From positions 124,001-188,000 of the forward strand of contig NGBS01000001.1 in assembly GCA_002245135.1 (NCBI GenBank): DNA of 64,000 nucleotides, in the 5' to 3' direction. Positions 47,827 through 62,277 of the stretch are shown piece by piece. The stretch is from Proteromonas lacertae (taxonomy: Eukaryota). Under the pieces are notes generated by a model, which was not told the DNA's origin, searched no databases, and was given only the letters and a program-made list of their open reading frames with translations. The position numbers and the translations under genes were made by a program. Every line of letters starts with the position of its first letter. Within the stretch, counting starts at the first letter, position 1.

Positions 47827-50800
47827 TTACTCATCCTCTATTAAAATAAAATCTGGTTGAGTTATTTCACTATTTTCTACTTTATCTTCCTTATCCTTTT
47901 GATAATTATCTATTAGCTTTAGTTTTTCAGTCTTTTCATCAAAACTATAGAATAACCTTTGATCAGTATATAATTCAATAAACACTACTGATTTCTCATA
48001 TGTACATTTTATTACATCCTATATAAATATAAATATATAATGAGTATAAAATTAATACAGAAACACAACTGTAATGAAATACTTCCTTTAATTCAATACT
48101 CTCAAATTCACCATCCAATTTAAACACAAATAATTCTCTGCCAATTGTAATAATATAATATTTATCATTAATATTTGTTATTTGAGAATTAGAACATAAT
48201 TGATATTCTTTGTGAAATTGTAATATTATATTACTCTCTTTATTATCTAACAACAAATACCACAACGATATTATCGTTTTATTTGGTATTGTTGTTGAAA
48301 GTGGTGATTCTATTGGAGATACTACTTCAGAAACAGTAATAATATAATAATTATTATTGTATTTAAGCATTTTATGTGAATAGATGAAATGATTCTGTTG
48401 TAATTTATAACTTATCATTTCCTTAAAACTTGAAACATCATAAACAGATAAAATATTCTGTCTATTATCACTTACTAGATTCAATGATATATATTTATCA
48501 TCCTTAATATAAGAGAGTGATAGTATTCTATTTGATATTGGTATTGAAGAATAATAAACATTTGATTCGTTAGATAAACAACATAAATGAAATGTATTAT
48601 CACATGTTATTGTAATGAAAGAGATTTGATCTGAATGTGATATAATTGGATATATATGAGAATAATTTGATGAATTGTTTAATACAGTCTATATATTATT
48701 AATGTATATATATATATACCATTGCATATTGTGATTTGTTAAGTGATAATATATATGGTATTTTCATTGGAATGAATAATCTATTATTTGTAAGGAAAAA
48801 TGGTTGAGATGTGAATATATTGTTATTTGGTAAATATGATATTATATGAAATTGATTAGTGTTAGATATACTCCATTTTGATATTAATATTACACCATTA
48901 TCTATATATTACAATAATAAATAAACAAAAAGATAATAATACTATAAAAGACGAATAAATCATATTTATCATTTCCATTGTCAAAAGCAACCAAGTACTG
49001 TATTTGTGAATCTAAATCTGTTGATGTAATTGTGTTGATTTTGGAAGATCCAATTTCTTTAAGTGAATTATCACTCATCATTTTATACACATAGACAATG
49101 CACGAAGACCATTCACTGATGAATATAATTGAATGATTATTAGTGTTTATTGTAGAGACACTACCAATCTATTTTGATAAATATATTTATATATTTATAC
49201 TTCATAATCCATTGCAGACTTATATATTTCACTCAACTCTAGATTATTATACTTCAACAACAATATATTCTTATCTCCCCATATATAAATGATATCATTG
49301 TTATTATTGCTTTTATCTGTTGATATTAAAGTATGAAATAAAGCAAATGATATATTATATTGAAGTGATTTATCTTTATCAATAATATTCACTTTATCAT
49401 TTGTTATTTGATAGATAGTATTCTTTTTATGATCACTTTGAATATATTGAGTAAATGAATCACTTATTAATCCAGAAATCTCTTCATATTTCATATACTT
49501 TTCATTGAATAAATAACTCTGAGTACAATTTTCATTATACCAAGTCAAAATTACATAATTCCTATTATTATAACTTATTGTATATATTATCGGTTTATCT
49601 GATTCACTATAACTATCTAATACTACATCATTATATTCATATTGACATAATAACCTATTGCCAAATAATCCACAACTTAAATAACTACATTTGTTATTAT
49701 AATTACCATATCTTATTAAATATTCAGATTTGAAGCTATTGAATAAAATTGTTGATTTAAATTGTGATATAATTGGGCCAGGTTCAGAAAACTCATAATC
49801 ATGAGTATTGATATAATTGTAATCATTATCATTAATAAGATAATAATGAATAGTAAATGGAATTGTAAATAGTATAAGATAGGTTGAGTTTATTATATCA
49901 ATATACTGTATCTATTTATAATATATTTATTATTATTATGTATATTATACTTTATTATTGAGTGGTATTTTCATTGATATTTGGTTAATTGAAATCTCTT
50001 TCTTGGTTTTGTGATAGGTTATTTGTTGAATTAAATTATTAGTTGATAATACATATGTTATTGTCATTTGATTCTTTTCAATACAACTATTACACACTGT
50101 TTCAACATTTATATTCATGTTTTTATTATCTAATATACATACATTGCTGTTATTATAAATCAATATTTCATTTCTACATATTAGCCATAACAACTCACTA
50201 TAACATCTTATACAAATCAAATCATCAGGAAGTACTGATATATCATATGAACCATCTTCTAATATCATCTTACGAGAATTATAACAGCATAATTTCAACT
50301 GTCTAAGTAAATTATGATTATAAAAATCTTGTGGAATAAAGTCAAATGCAATGACTGGATTATGATGATAATTGTTAGTTAAATACATTGCATTTATTAT
50401 GTAAATAGTGAAATATTGATCTGTTATAGTTACTTACATATTATTAAGCTATACTAATTATTATTATTATTATTATATTAATAAAAAAGGATATATCATC
50501 AGGTTTCGGTAAAAATAAATTGACATGATTAAACATGTTTGATTTATACTCCCATTTATTAGACTTTTTGTAATATGTGAATTTCAATATTTCAATTAAT
50601 TTACCACTATGTAGTAGTAGGATTGAAAATATCAATGGATTCTTTAAAGAAGGAGGTAAGGTAATTATTCTAACATTTGAATCTAATAAATCACATTCTC
50701 TATTCTATAATTATTATAGTTCGTTATATCAATACTGACAAATCTGCTGATATCCATGTCTTCATTGTGTCCGAATGAAAATCATAGTGATAAATCTGCC

Positions 50801-51109
50801 ATGAATGTTCACACCAACAAAATAAAAAATCTGAATATAATGTATATAATATACCAATATCATTTTCTATGTTTATTGTTTTGATTGCGATTACGTTACA
50901 GTCTAACGTTATTCTTAATATGTCACTATTTATCATCTAATAGATGATAATATAACTTGAATACAGAGAAACAATCACCTTTTTTTATTTCTATCTGATT
51001 ATAGAGAAATGAAGCAACTAGATAATCAAAAATCTTTGAATATACTAGATAGATCACTCTTATTGAAAAAATGTCCAAATTGAAATGGTGGATTCTGTAG
51101 ATCATTCAT
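47827..51109 (-). CDS. Divergent DDB1/RSE1/CPSF1-family beta-propeller protein; ~8 introns
   Basis: Beta-rich exons chain from MNDLQNPPFQFG to ..ILIEDE*. PGPIISQF..YLSCGLFG resembles the family NLGPI..TCSG motif; the C-terminal part resembles a CPSF_A region. Confidence 0.5.
50434..50494 (-). other. U12-type AT-AA intron (61 nt)
   Basis: ATATCCTTTT..TAGCTTAAT-aatatgtAA|G; phase 0; gives PKPDD|VTITDQYF in frame with ORF 50388. Confidence 0.75.
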
Positions 51110-51206
51110 TAAGAAAGAAAAAACTGACAAACTAGTTTGAAATTTTGAATGAACGAAAATTTTGAATCACCACCACAAAAATAAAAAAAACATAAACAAG
51201 ACTAAA

Positions 51207-52472
51207 TTAAATAATTTCTTTTATTCTTAAATCATGAATAGATAATTTCAAACCTTCTGGATCAAAACAAGTAAATGAATCTGTTTTAGTTATAATATCA
51301 TAAATAACATCACTTGTCTATATTAATAAGCATTAAAAATAAATATAAAAATATACATTATAATTCTTCAAATTCCCATGTAAATATAAAAAATCTCTAA
51401 CTATAAACTTCAATCCAATAATTCCATTATCAAGTTTGTTTTCATTTCTTAAGTTTTCTTTAAAACAAATAGAACTCCTTTGAAACCTCATAAAATTGGA
51501 AAACCAATAGCATGTAGTTAATATCTCTTTTATTGATTCATAATCTACAATATGAAATCCATATCTTAAATTCTCTCTTAATGGAACATCATCTACACCT
51601 GCTACTTTTATTTTGTTATTATCACCTCTTGCTAGTTTGAATAATCTTTCCTTATGTTGTAATACTTTATATTCTTTTGATTTTGGTATTATTTCACTGA
51701 AATTATTTTCGTAGAAATCACAAATCTATGGATAAAAACACCAAAAATATACTTCTTTTATATGATTTACTGGTATTATTATATGTGAAAGCCATACTTC
51801 ATATGCTCGACTATTGCTTGTTGATTTTATTGATCTATGACAAATTAATGGAATGAGAAAGCATAATACTTTGTGAAATACTGTTGAACTGGTAAATTAT
51901 TACAGCAAGGGAATTTGTTTTCTATAAATAATAAATCAAATATCATTCAACAATACTGAATTGAACAAATGATATTGGTTTATCTAATTGAATTATAACT
52001 AACATATATCCACTTGGATCTAGTAGTTGCATTGATTTTACTCCATAATGAATTGATGGTTCTGAATATACATGAAAGTTATGTCTTTCTTTTCTCATAT
52101 TTAAATATTCATTGAATGTTTTTAAACTACTAACATAATAAATAAAGTGTTCTCGAAACTATTTGAAATGATAAATTACATGATACTTCTGCAACATGTA
52201 TCAATTTATTTCCCCATACATGACATCCATCATGTTGAACAAAATGAAGCGTTAATGTTTTTGTATCTCCACCTTCCATTATTAAGTGTTCTTCATAACT
52301 TTCTGAGTATCTTGCTACTGGTCTCATACACTATTATCAAATAAATACATCTAATCTATACAAATAAATCTTCATAAAACCTTTGAGACTCTTCATTATT
52401 TTTGACCTTCATAATAACTGAATGCAGACAGCACGGACCTAACTCTGGGTCTAATGTATTCTTATTTGACAT
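51207..52472 (-). CDS. Glyoxalase/VOC-fold-like protein; 5 introns
   Basis: Spliced protein contains LHSVIMKVKNNEESQRFYEDLF, YGVKSMQLLDPSGYMLVI, LSHIIIPVNHIKEICDFY and FDPEGLKLSI (two VOC-like units). Confidence 0.6.
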
Positions 52473-52574
52473 TTAATTCAAAAATTAAAATAAAACAGTC
52501 AAATCAGAATCAAACTTATTTAAACATTAATTGTTTATCTCTTAAACAAAACAATGAAAAAATATAAATTTCAT

Positions 52575-53829
52575 TTAAAATACATTACTTAAACCTGCTT
52601 CTTTTATCTATTACAAAAATATACATAAATATTATACATTCTCTACTTTTTCCATTATTCCTTCAAATATTTTATTTATTTCCTCTTTTCTGTTTTTATC
52701 CAGCACACTAGATTCAATTAATTTCATTAATTCATTAGTTTCCGATTTAATTTCACTATACACTGTCAGAATATGTTCAGAGTGTTTAGCTTTCTGTTCA
52801 ATTGATCTAATTACAAATTCAGCCTATAAACATAATAATAATAAAATATAAATACAGTTGAATTTCTAGGTTTTTCATTCACCTCAATTTGTTGATAAAA
52901 AGGATCTTCAATGGGTAGTGTAATAAAATGATCAATACATTCATCAATTGATTTACCAACATATTTGCTTATTAATTGCCAATTATCATTATACAATCTC
53001 ATTGCTTCTAATAAATTATGAGTCTCAGAAACTGACCAAGTCTGTTCTGGTGATATTTTGATGAACAAATCATCATCGAAATTAGCAGGATATTGTTTCT
53101 TTCCATAACAGTCTACACATATGAAATATGATTGATTGTTATATTGGTAATAGATTGATTGATTTTCTATTCCACAGCTAGAACATTGCTGATTGGCTGA
53201 TGCATAAAATTTGTTTATGAATTGTTTTAATTGTCTCTTTAGAGGAATCTATGAATAATAAAATTAAGTAAATACATTACTATCAAATGAAATGTTAATA
53301 TCATTCTCAGGATTGATAACCTTTTCATTTTCTTCTTTTTGATTGTCATCTTCAGAATGACAATCATTTTGATTAATTATTTGTAATTTATTTAATGTAT
53401 TATAAATATGCATTATTTGACTGCTTTCAGCAATACTAATAAAAGTCAAATAAAAATAAAAATACATATTTCGCCTACATGCAATATAGGAGAGATGTTC
53501 TTTTGGATGTGATAAATATAAATCAATAATTGCATTTCTAATACTATGATACACCTAGATTATATTCAATATAGCTATTCAATACATCTAATGTCTTTCC
53601 TGGTATACTTCCCTTAACATACTCAGGAAACAACTCCTTTTCTTTATTACTAACAGTACTAAATGAAAACCACTCTGGGAAATGTAAATCAAACTGTTTC
53701 TCACATGTAAGATTATTATACAACTATTATCATCAAATAAAGTCAGCATACTTTAATTTTCTTGGGCTCTGGAAATAAATCATCTCTTTCAGATTTTGGA
53801 CGTATTTTAGCTTCATTCATTTTGCTCAT
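52575..53829 (-). CDS. SWI3/SMARCC-like chromatin remodelling subunit (SWIRM + ZZ + SANT); 6 introns
   Basis: PEWFSFSTVSNKE..PEY..YHSIRNAIIDLY..LSYIACRR..LQIIN (SWIRM); CSSCG..ICVDCYGKKQYP (ZZ); WSVSETHNLLEAM..W..ISKYVGKSIDECIDHFITLPIED (SANT). Confidence 0.88.
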
Positions 53830-53950
53830 TAATGAAAAATTTAGAATTAAAAAATCGATCAAACAATTAGCTTGATAATCTATTTTGAATAATCTCTAAA
53901 AAAACATAACATATGTAATAATATCAAATATTATAATGCTAATAAATTAA

Positions 53951-55071
53951 TTACTTAGACCTATGATATAAATGAGCTAGTAAATCAGTCAACACTTCAC
54001 GATTTATAGGACTTTTAGCAATCATTGCTTCTATCGCTTTCTTCTTCTCCTCTTCATATTTTTCATACTGTTCATTGATTTTTAAATCTTGATACACTTT
54101 CTTGACAGCTTTTTCATCAGCTATATTATCTTTACCAATATGTTCATATATTGTTTTCTTTTGTAGTTCATTTCCAATTTCTAAAGCTTTAATCAACACC
54201 CAACTACACTTCTTATTCTTAATATCAGTACCTACTTTACCAGCAATCTTTGAATCAGTAAAACAATCAATATAATCATCTTGAATCTGGAAATATTCAC
54301 CAAATTGAAGTGATATATCTCTAATTGCTTTTAATATATCTTCATTTGAGTGTTTCATGTATATATAACCTGCTGCTATTGGTAAATAGAATGTATAAAT
54401 TGCTGTCTTCATGTGAGCAATCTTTAAATAAGTATCCATTGTATAATCACTAAATAGATAGAAAAATAAATAATAAATAAAAAAATATACTCATCAGGAA
54501 GTTTAGCAGAATCTACTAATTTACCTAAAGCCGTTTCCATTGCAGCTTTTCTAAATAATTCTACTAATTCCACATAATTAGGATGCTTTCGGAATTTCAC
54601 TTCTAAAATGTGATACATTTGATCTTGCAATATAAATCCATCATTTGTTGATTCTAATCCAACCTAAACAGATATTATACATAAAATATATGTTTCTATA
54701 CCTCTTCTCTCAAATGCCAACAAGATTTGTCTCTACGTGTTTTTGCTTGGTCTATAACATCGTCAACTACAATTACTGATGATTGCAACCATTCTACACA
54801 CCATCCTAGGGAGCAAGCTCTATTGATAGTAAAAACCGTTTTTATACTCACTAAACTGTTCGTCGCTCAATTTACCTCCAGACAATTTGTAAATAGTTTT
54901 TAAAGTAGTTAGACCTCTATACATTTTTCCACCAACAAGATTATAAGAAATCATTCCATCAATGTAATCCAAATGATAAGATGGAAGTTCAAATGATTTC
55001 ATATAATCGACTACAATGTTTTTCACCTTAGGATATTCAGAAACGAATCGAGGTAATAGAGTTGCATCCAT
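53951..55071 (-). CDS. FPP-synthase-family trans-prenyltransferase, paralogue B (altered chain-length region); 3 introns
   Basis: GGKMYRGL, LQSSVIVVDDVID, KTAIYTFYLP, FQIQDDYID, GKVGTDIKNKKCSW, LYHRSK*. Confidence 0.88.
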
Positions 55072-55172
55072 TTTTTCAATTTGGTTTACCAAGCCAAAAC
55101 GAGTTTTTTCGATTAATACATTTAACCCCACAAAAATAAAAATCATTGAATAATAATTTATTATTCATTAAT

Positions 55173-56245
55173 TTACTTTTGTCTTTTATATATCTTGTTA
55201 ATCAAACTCAAAAATATATTTTTATTCTCTTTTAACAAAGATCCTTCAACCATTTCTTCAAGTTCTCTATAACAATTTATAAATATTATAAATATACCTT
55301 TTCATAGATTCTTCCAATTCCATATACTTTTCTGGAATTTTTAATTTGGAATATAAATCTTTCACAATCTTTATATCATTCTCACTATCTATACCAACAT
55401 GATCAAATATTGCTTTCTTTTCTTCCTCATTTGCAGCTTCTAATGCTTTTATCATCACCCAACTGCATTTCTTATCTTGAATATCAGTGCCAACTTTACC
55501 CATCAATTTTGAATCACCAAAACAATCCAAATAATCATCTTGAATCTGAAAATACTCTCCTATTTTCAATGAAAATTGACGTATTAATGAGAGCAATTCA
55601 TCACTGTTCTTGTTCATATAAATAAACCCTGCAGCTAATGGTAAATAGAATGTGTAAATTGAAGTTTTCATTTGAACGATTTTTAAATAGGTCTCTGCAT
55701 TGTAATCTTTGTTTTCTTTTAGTGTTGAATCAATTAATTGACCAACTGATGTTTCAAGAACTGTTTCATGATATAACTCGATAAATTTAACATAATTTGG
55801 ATGAGTTTGAAATCTTTCTTTTAGAATCATGTATATTTGTTGCTCTAATAGCAAACCATCATTGATGGCTTCAAGATCAACATCTTTATTCAAATACCAA
55901 CAATCATGTCCTCTTCTTTTAATACTTCTATCCATTATATCATCATCAACCAGAAAGAATGCTTCACTCCATTCATTACACCAACCAAGTGTACAAGCAC
56001 TAAAACAATAAAAATGTTATAATTTACTCTTTGAACGCTTCATCCAATAGTTTACTACCACTCAATTCTTCTATTGTTTTTACTGTAGTGAGACCTCTTG
56101 TCATTTTACCTCCTAAGACATTATATTGAATCATTCTATCAATATAATCTTGATATTTCTCTGGTAAATGAAATTTACGAATATTGCTCATTACCAATGA
56201 TTTTATTTCATTAAAATTAGCTGTAAAACGAGAAACTAAATCCAT
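55173..56245 (-). CDS. FDPS: Farnesyl diphosphate synthase, paralogue A; 2 introns
   Basis: GGKMTRGL, AFFLVDDDIMD..RRG..CWY, GQLID, FQIQDDYLD, GKVGTDIQDKKCSW, KIYKRQK*. Confidence 0.9.
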
Positions 56246-56306
56246 TTTTAAAATAGGATTACAAACAATAATCAAACTTGTATATGTAAATATTATAGAT
56301 TAATCT

Positions 56307-59300
56307 TTATTTATTAGTTATTTTTGTTGGAATACCGTAACATACTACACTACCTGCATTGAGAGTTTTAAGTTTACATTTATTTCTTGATTCAAGTATT
56401 AATTGAAATATATTCTTTTCTTCATCAATGTTCTATAATGTAATATTATAATATATTCAAATATATAATCATACTTTCCAATGTTCAAACAGAGAAATAC
56501 AGAATTTATCAATATCAGCATCTGTAACATCCCAAAGACAGCCAACTACCCATTGAGAACCGCTTAGCAAATATGATAAAGCTGTTCCATATGCTTCAAA
56601 ACATCCTTTTACTTTTAACCTTCCACTTGAACAACCCATTAATAATGCAGGTGGACATCTCTAATAGTATATTGTTAATAATAGTGATAAATACCTTCAG
56701 CTCATATAATTTGTCTCTATTAAAGTATTGTTCACCATTACCATGTCCATTATATGCAAATACTGATGATTCTTCTAATAATTCACGATATTCTCTTTCT
56801 GTTGGCATTTCACCACTTTTACCTGTCCAATTGTATTCTTCTGCTAATTCTTCAAATATATCTTTTAGACGTTTCTCTGTAGCTTTTAAATCGCCAGCAG
56901 GGTAGAATAAATTAAAGAACATTATATGTAATTATTAATAAAAAAAGATATATTAACAATATAAGCTCCATCTTTTAACTCAATTGTTTTTGAATTAATG
57001 TGATTCTATAATGAATAAATAATAATATATTATACTTTATAAACCATTAAACCAAATTCTAATGAAGGTAATCTATAAACATATTCTGATTTCATTATTG
57101 GCAACATTTCAATAGGTAGCCAATGTAAATCATCAGAGAGTATAATATGAACTGTATTTACATCAACTTCATTATTATCTCTTTCAACTATTTTATCATT
57201 ATTATTATCTTCTGCTTCTAATGTATCTGACAGTAATTTGAGTAATTCATCTTTTCTCTTTAATCCTTCGTAAGTTACTTTTCTATCATCTAATTCTTTC
57301 TTTATTGCTGCTATTGTCATTCTATTATCAACTTTTCTTTTCTTATTATTTAGCCTTTCTTGCTGGTTTGGAAGATCTGATGTTCTTTTTATTCTTGATG
57401 TTATTTCGAATATCATTTCATCATTTGGTTCAGGATAAGTTATAGATTTTATTGCCTTTGTTAATTCATCAGATTTTAAGATATTTCTTGCATTTATTAC
57501 TCTGAAAAGTATTGGATAATTCATCATTAAATCTTTATTCTATATATTGCATAATAATAATAATATACATTACAATATTTCTTAATACTCTTATATATTA
57601 TCATATTATTACTATCATTCATATTTTGATGAATTAATAAACATTTTCTCCATCCAAATACATTATTCTCCATTTCAATAAAGTAGTTTATATATTCATT
57701 CTCAACAATATCTATTAATAAGATTGATATTATATAATTACTATACTTCTACCTTCCCACCAATGTTGTTTATCAGTCGATTGAATTGATTTTTGATTGT
57801 GTTCCATTATGATTTTATATTCTTTGGTATATTTATCTAAAACGCTTTTACCATCTTTATTTGGAGGTATTCTGTAAATGACTGGTTCAATATTAGAATA
57901 TGGAATAATGTTTGTTATAAATAAACTATTGTCTATTCCTGTTGATATTGTTATGATTGTTGAAACTACTTTTAATTCTTTTAATGTGTTTATAAGTGAT
58001 GGATATGCTTTTTCTTTCTCTTCAAGATAGTAATTTTGATTAACCTAAAGAATATATTACTATTTATTATATATACAGATTCTTGTTTCCCTATTCTTAT
58101 AGATTCTAAATAGGTATGTTGTTCCATGACTTAATTGAAGCGAATAAGTAGCAAACGATAAACTAAATAATAGTAATAATAATAGAAAATACTCTGTTGA
58201 TGAAATATATAGTAATTGCATTATCTTTTTATGGTAAAATGGAGATATGATTCTATAATCAGATGATAATAATTGTGTGATTTCTTCATTACATTTTCTA
58301 TTAAATCAATAATAACAAATATAAAAATACAATAATGATGATGATTTGTTAATAGTTGGAGTATTTGAACTCCACAGTTTATCAAGCGATTTATCATCTT
58401 CGCTTTTATATAAATACAACATACATCTTTGAATAACTAACTTCTGATTATCTTCTATTGTTCTCTTATACTTTTCTGCTTTCTTTAAATATTTCTCACT
58501 CTCTTCATAGTTTCTAGGATATACTGAAGTATAGAATGAAGCAACAAGTAGATATAACTCATTATTTAATGATTTATAACACTTCTTATTTGATATTTCT
58601 TTTATTATCTTTTCAGCTGTTCTTAAGTAATTATATCCTTCTTCTAAACCATCTTTCTTTGAAACTATACACAATTATAATAAAGTAATATATATACAGT
58701 AATAATTACATACAGTGAGTAATGATTTTGCATTAATATAAGTACTTCTCTCATCAAAACTATTTTTAATTTGTTTATCATTAAATTCATTCACTATTAT
58801 TTGAAAATTCATATATCTTTCTCTTTGAACTTTGCTCCAATATGTTGAATGTAATATTTGTTCTAATTCATTACTCTTTACATAATAATATTCACATTTT
58901 CCTGGAATACCTCTATAAAACCATATATTACCTAACATAATCAATCTACTTTGATTTAAGTATAAATAATTATAGTGATATTTACATATATATGGTTGAT
59001 TTAATGAATAACTATATTACAATATAATAACATTAAAGTATACATTTTACTATAAACACTGTCGATTATCTTTTCTGAATTGTTATAATTGGCATTTAAC
59101 ATCTCTACTTCTGCAAATAACAATCTATTCGTTATTAATAGTATTCTTTCATTCACATAATCTGTAGCAGTAAAGCAATTTGGATCACTTGCTTGAGTCT
59201 TTCTTAATTCTATTAAATTGGTTAATATTAAGTGTATTTTGTTCAGTTTCTTTGATAAATCATTATAATTGAATGATTCTCCTTCTAATCTATATTCTAT

Positions 59301-62115
59301 CTCAATAAGTTCAATTGCTAATGTAAATAATTCACTCTTTGATTTTGTAAGACAACTCTTCAAAGGTTTTAACTATTATTTTAACAATAATAATAATATA
59401 TTTATATAATACTTTTTGTATATATTCTAATATATCATCTAGTTTTCCTATTTTGATTATTAATTTCATGATTATTAATATTATTGATATATATTCCTGA
59501 ATAATACTCTCTTTTATTGTTGTTGATTTGATATATACCATCAATTGATCAAAGAATGAAGTAATTAATCCACTGAACTGTGAAAATAACTCCAAATGAT
59601 CATTATCAAATGTATAATATAATGAATGTATCAATATATCTGAATTATTAAACAAAATCATCATGTTAACTTCATTCTTCTCTTCATTTATTACTTTATT
59701 CAAACTTGTATAAGCCTTAGATATGTAGTGTAATATCTTATCATTAGTATAATCTCTTGTAGATTCATACATAGCTAAATATGAGTTGATTATTCCAGTT
59801 GCAATATTGTAATATTCTCTTTTTTCAGATATTTGTTTTGTATCTTCCAACAGTGTAATTGCTCTTTCTATTAAGTCACTATTATTCTCACAACATCCTT
59901 TACAGTAATAAGCTCTCGATTCTAATACTTTAACATACCAATAATAATCATTCTTTTCATCTAGATTGATATATGTGGTAATAAATTGTATTACCCAATC
60001 ATAATAACTTGATTTTAGATTAACATCAACAGTATATGCTAATGTATATTCATCACATTGTCTAAATCCTTGTGATAATTTGTTTAATAGAATATCAAGT
60101 CTAATACTTAATGCTGCTAGTAATATTTCACTGTTTTTATCTGACAATTTCACTTCAATATTCTATAACAATGTAAAAAGCAATAATTTATACATTAATT
60201 TTCTGATTGAATAATGAATAATAAAAGTTTGAAGTGATTGATGGTTTGTATATTCCCCATAAGAAGGATCTACATCTACAATCAAATATCACATCATTAT
60301 TACCACTGTCTATTATGTCTGCAAGGGTTGAATATTTAATACATATCTTTGATGATTCTATAATGCTATCTATTTGATTCATTTTACTTGGTAATTGATA
60401 GGTTATATAATAATCACAGAATGTACAAGACAGATTAAGAATATAAACACAACACTCTTCAAATCTAATACTTTTCAATGAATGAAGCTGTAAATAAATA
60501 TAATTTAAAATTGCACTGATATTCTTAATCTCTATTAAGATAGGTGAATCAGATTTTTGAAATGATTCACTAAACTGTTTAAAGAAAGGAATCATTTTGT
60601 TTGATATACTGCAAATTGTCTTTGAATAATCTAATATTTGGTCAATTAAACTCTCTGATAATTGAACTCTATCAGTTAATAGTTTGATCTTCATATAATA
60701 AACCCATAATAATCTTCTATTGATTAAATAGAAATGATATAATATTCCATCTAAATCTTTTGATTTACTTGTTATCTTTTCTTGCTGTGGTGAGTTGTAT
60801 AAGTATAAGGATATATCCAATAATAAATCAATATTACCTTCATGATCAACTTCAAATACTTTCTCAATCACTTTTGAAAACTGTTTTATTAATCTGAAAT
60901 ATTCATTTAACTCATTATTGGATAGTTTGAGATGGAGAGATAGAAGAAGATTTATCTTTTGTTTTGTTTCTTGATTGTCAGTTTTATCAAATATTAGTTT
61001 CTAAAAGAACATATAAATAATATATAGATATACAAGACAATAGAGTATTAAATTATTTGTAAATAATAATACTCTTGCTTTATTATCATTCAAATCACAT
61101 TTACAGTTTTGATTCTTTTCAATTAACAATTGTGTGATATTGCTATTTGGATTGAACTGACTTAATATTACATAATCATCAAATATATCAATAATATCTG
61201 ATAGAATAACTACATTATCTTCTAATTTGTATTTCTTTAATAACATTTTTATCATTTTATCATAGAATATGAGTATATCATTGTATAATGATTGATTCTT
61301 CATTAAACTATTCATTTGTTTTGTAATGTCTTTTAATCTCTTCATAAACTCATTAGAAATTGTATTTGATGAATGTATATAACTCTTTATTGCAATATTG
61401 TAATATTCAATTAAGTGATTATATTTTTTATTAACAAATAAAGATGTTGAGATTGTCAATAACATTAAATGAATTTGTGTGAATAAATCTTTCGAACATT
61501 TCTCATTTTCATATGATAAATACTTCAACCAAGGATATAACTATTAATATAATACAATAAAATGTTGTTTATACCATTTTGGTTACTATTTGACCTGATA
61601 TATCAAGGTTTACAGTAGATTTTAAATCAATAAAGTATAACTTTGATATATTGAAGAGTATTTTACATAAATAACTGGCATAACCATCAATTTTTATTGA
61701 ATTACATGTGGTGGGTGCTAAAGGACATACCAATTCTCCTATTTTGATTGTAGATGTTCCTAAATTGAATTTAGAAAATATTTTCAAAGATATAGGTGCT
61801 AATGATAAACCTAGATCCGTCTAAATATGCAATAAAAATATTTAATCATACTAACTTATCCTTCGTAATTAAACTAAATGAATTTGATAGAGTGACCAAT
61901 ATTGATTTGTATGTGGTTATATCAACACCATCTAATGATGAATATTGCATGTATTCTATTATATTGCTAATAAGTTCTTCAGAATCGTTTCTCTTGTAAA
62001 AGTTTTTATTAACAAACATTAACTTCACTTTGTTATTATAATCATTAAATGCATCCAAAATATTCCTATTGATAGTCAGATATAATTTATACTTTGAAGA
62101 TTTACATTGAGACAT
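56307..62115 (-). CDS. ESP1: Separase (peptidase C50) with long helical N-terminus; ~12 introns
   Basis: LPIEMLP..YRLPSL, YIVN|PAGDL, YNGHGNGEQY (catalytic His), LMGCSSG (catalytic Cys), LWDVTDADID, CYGIP. Confidence 0.93.
56902..56951 (-). other. U12-type AT-AC intron (50 nt) in separase
   Basis: ATATCTTTTT..TTCTTTAAT-ttattctAC; exact removal rebuilds the conserved separase motif YIVNPAGDL. Confidence 0.9.
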
Positions 62116-62277
62116 TATTCTGTTTTACTAATTCTTTGATTTGATAAATTAATCGAGATTACTAAGATAAATATAATCAAATTTCTACAAAAATGAGTAC
62201 TTCAATAGATAAATGAAAAATAAATTCAAATTTCAAACAGTTATAAGAAATTTGATCGTTTCAAATTCATTTCAAAA

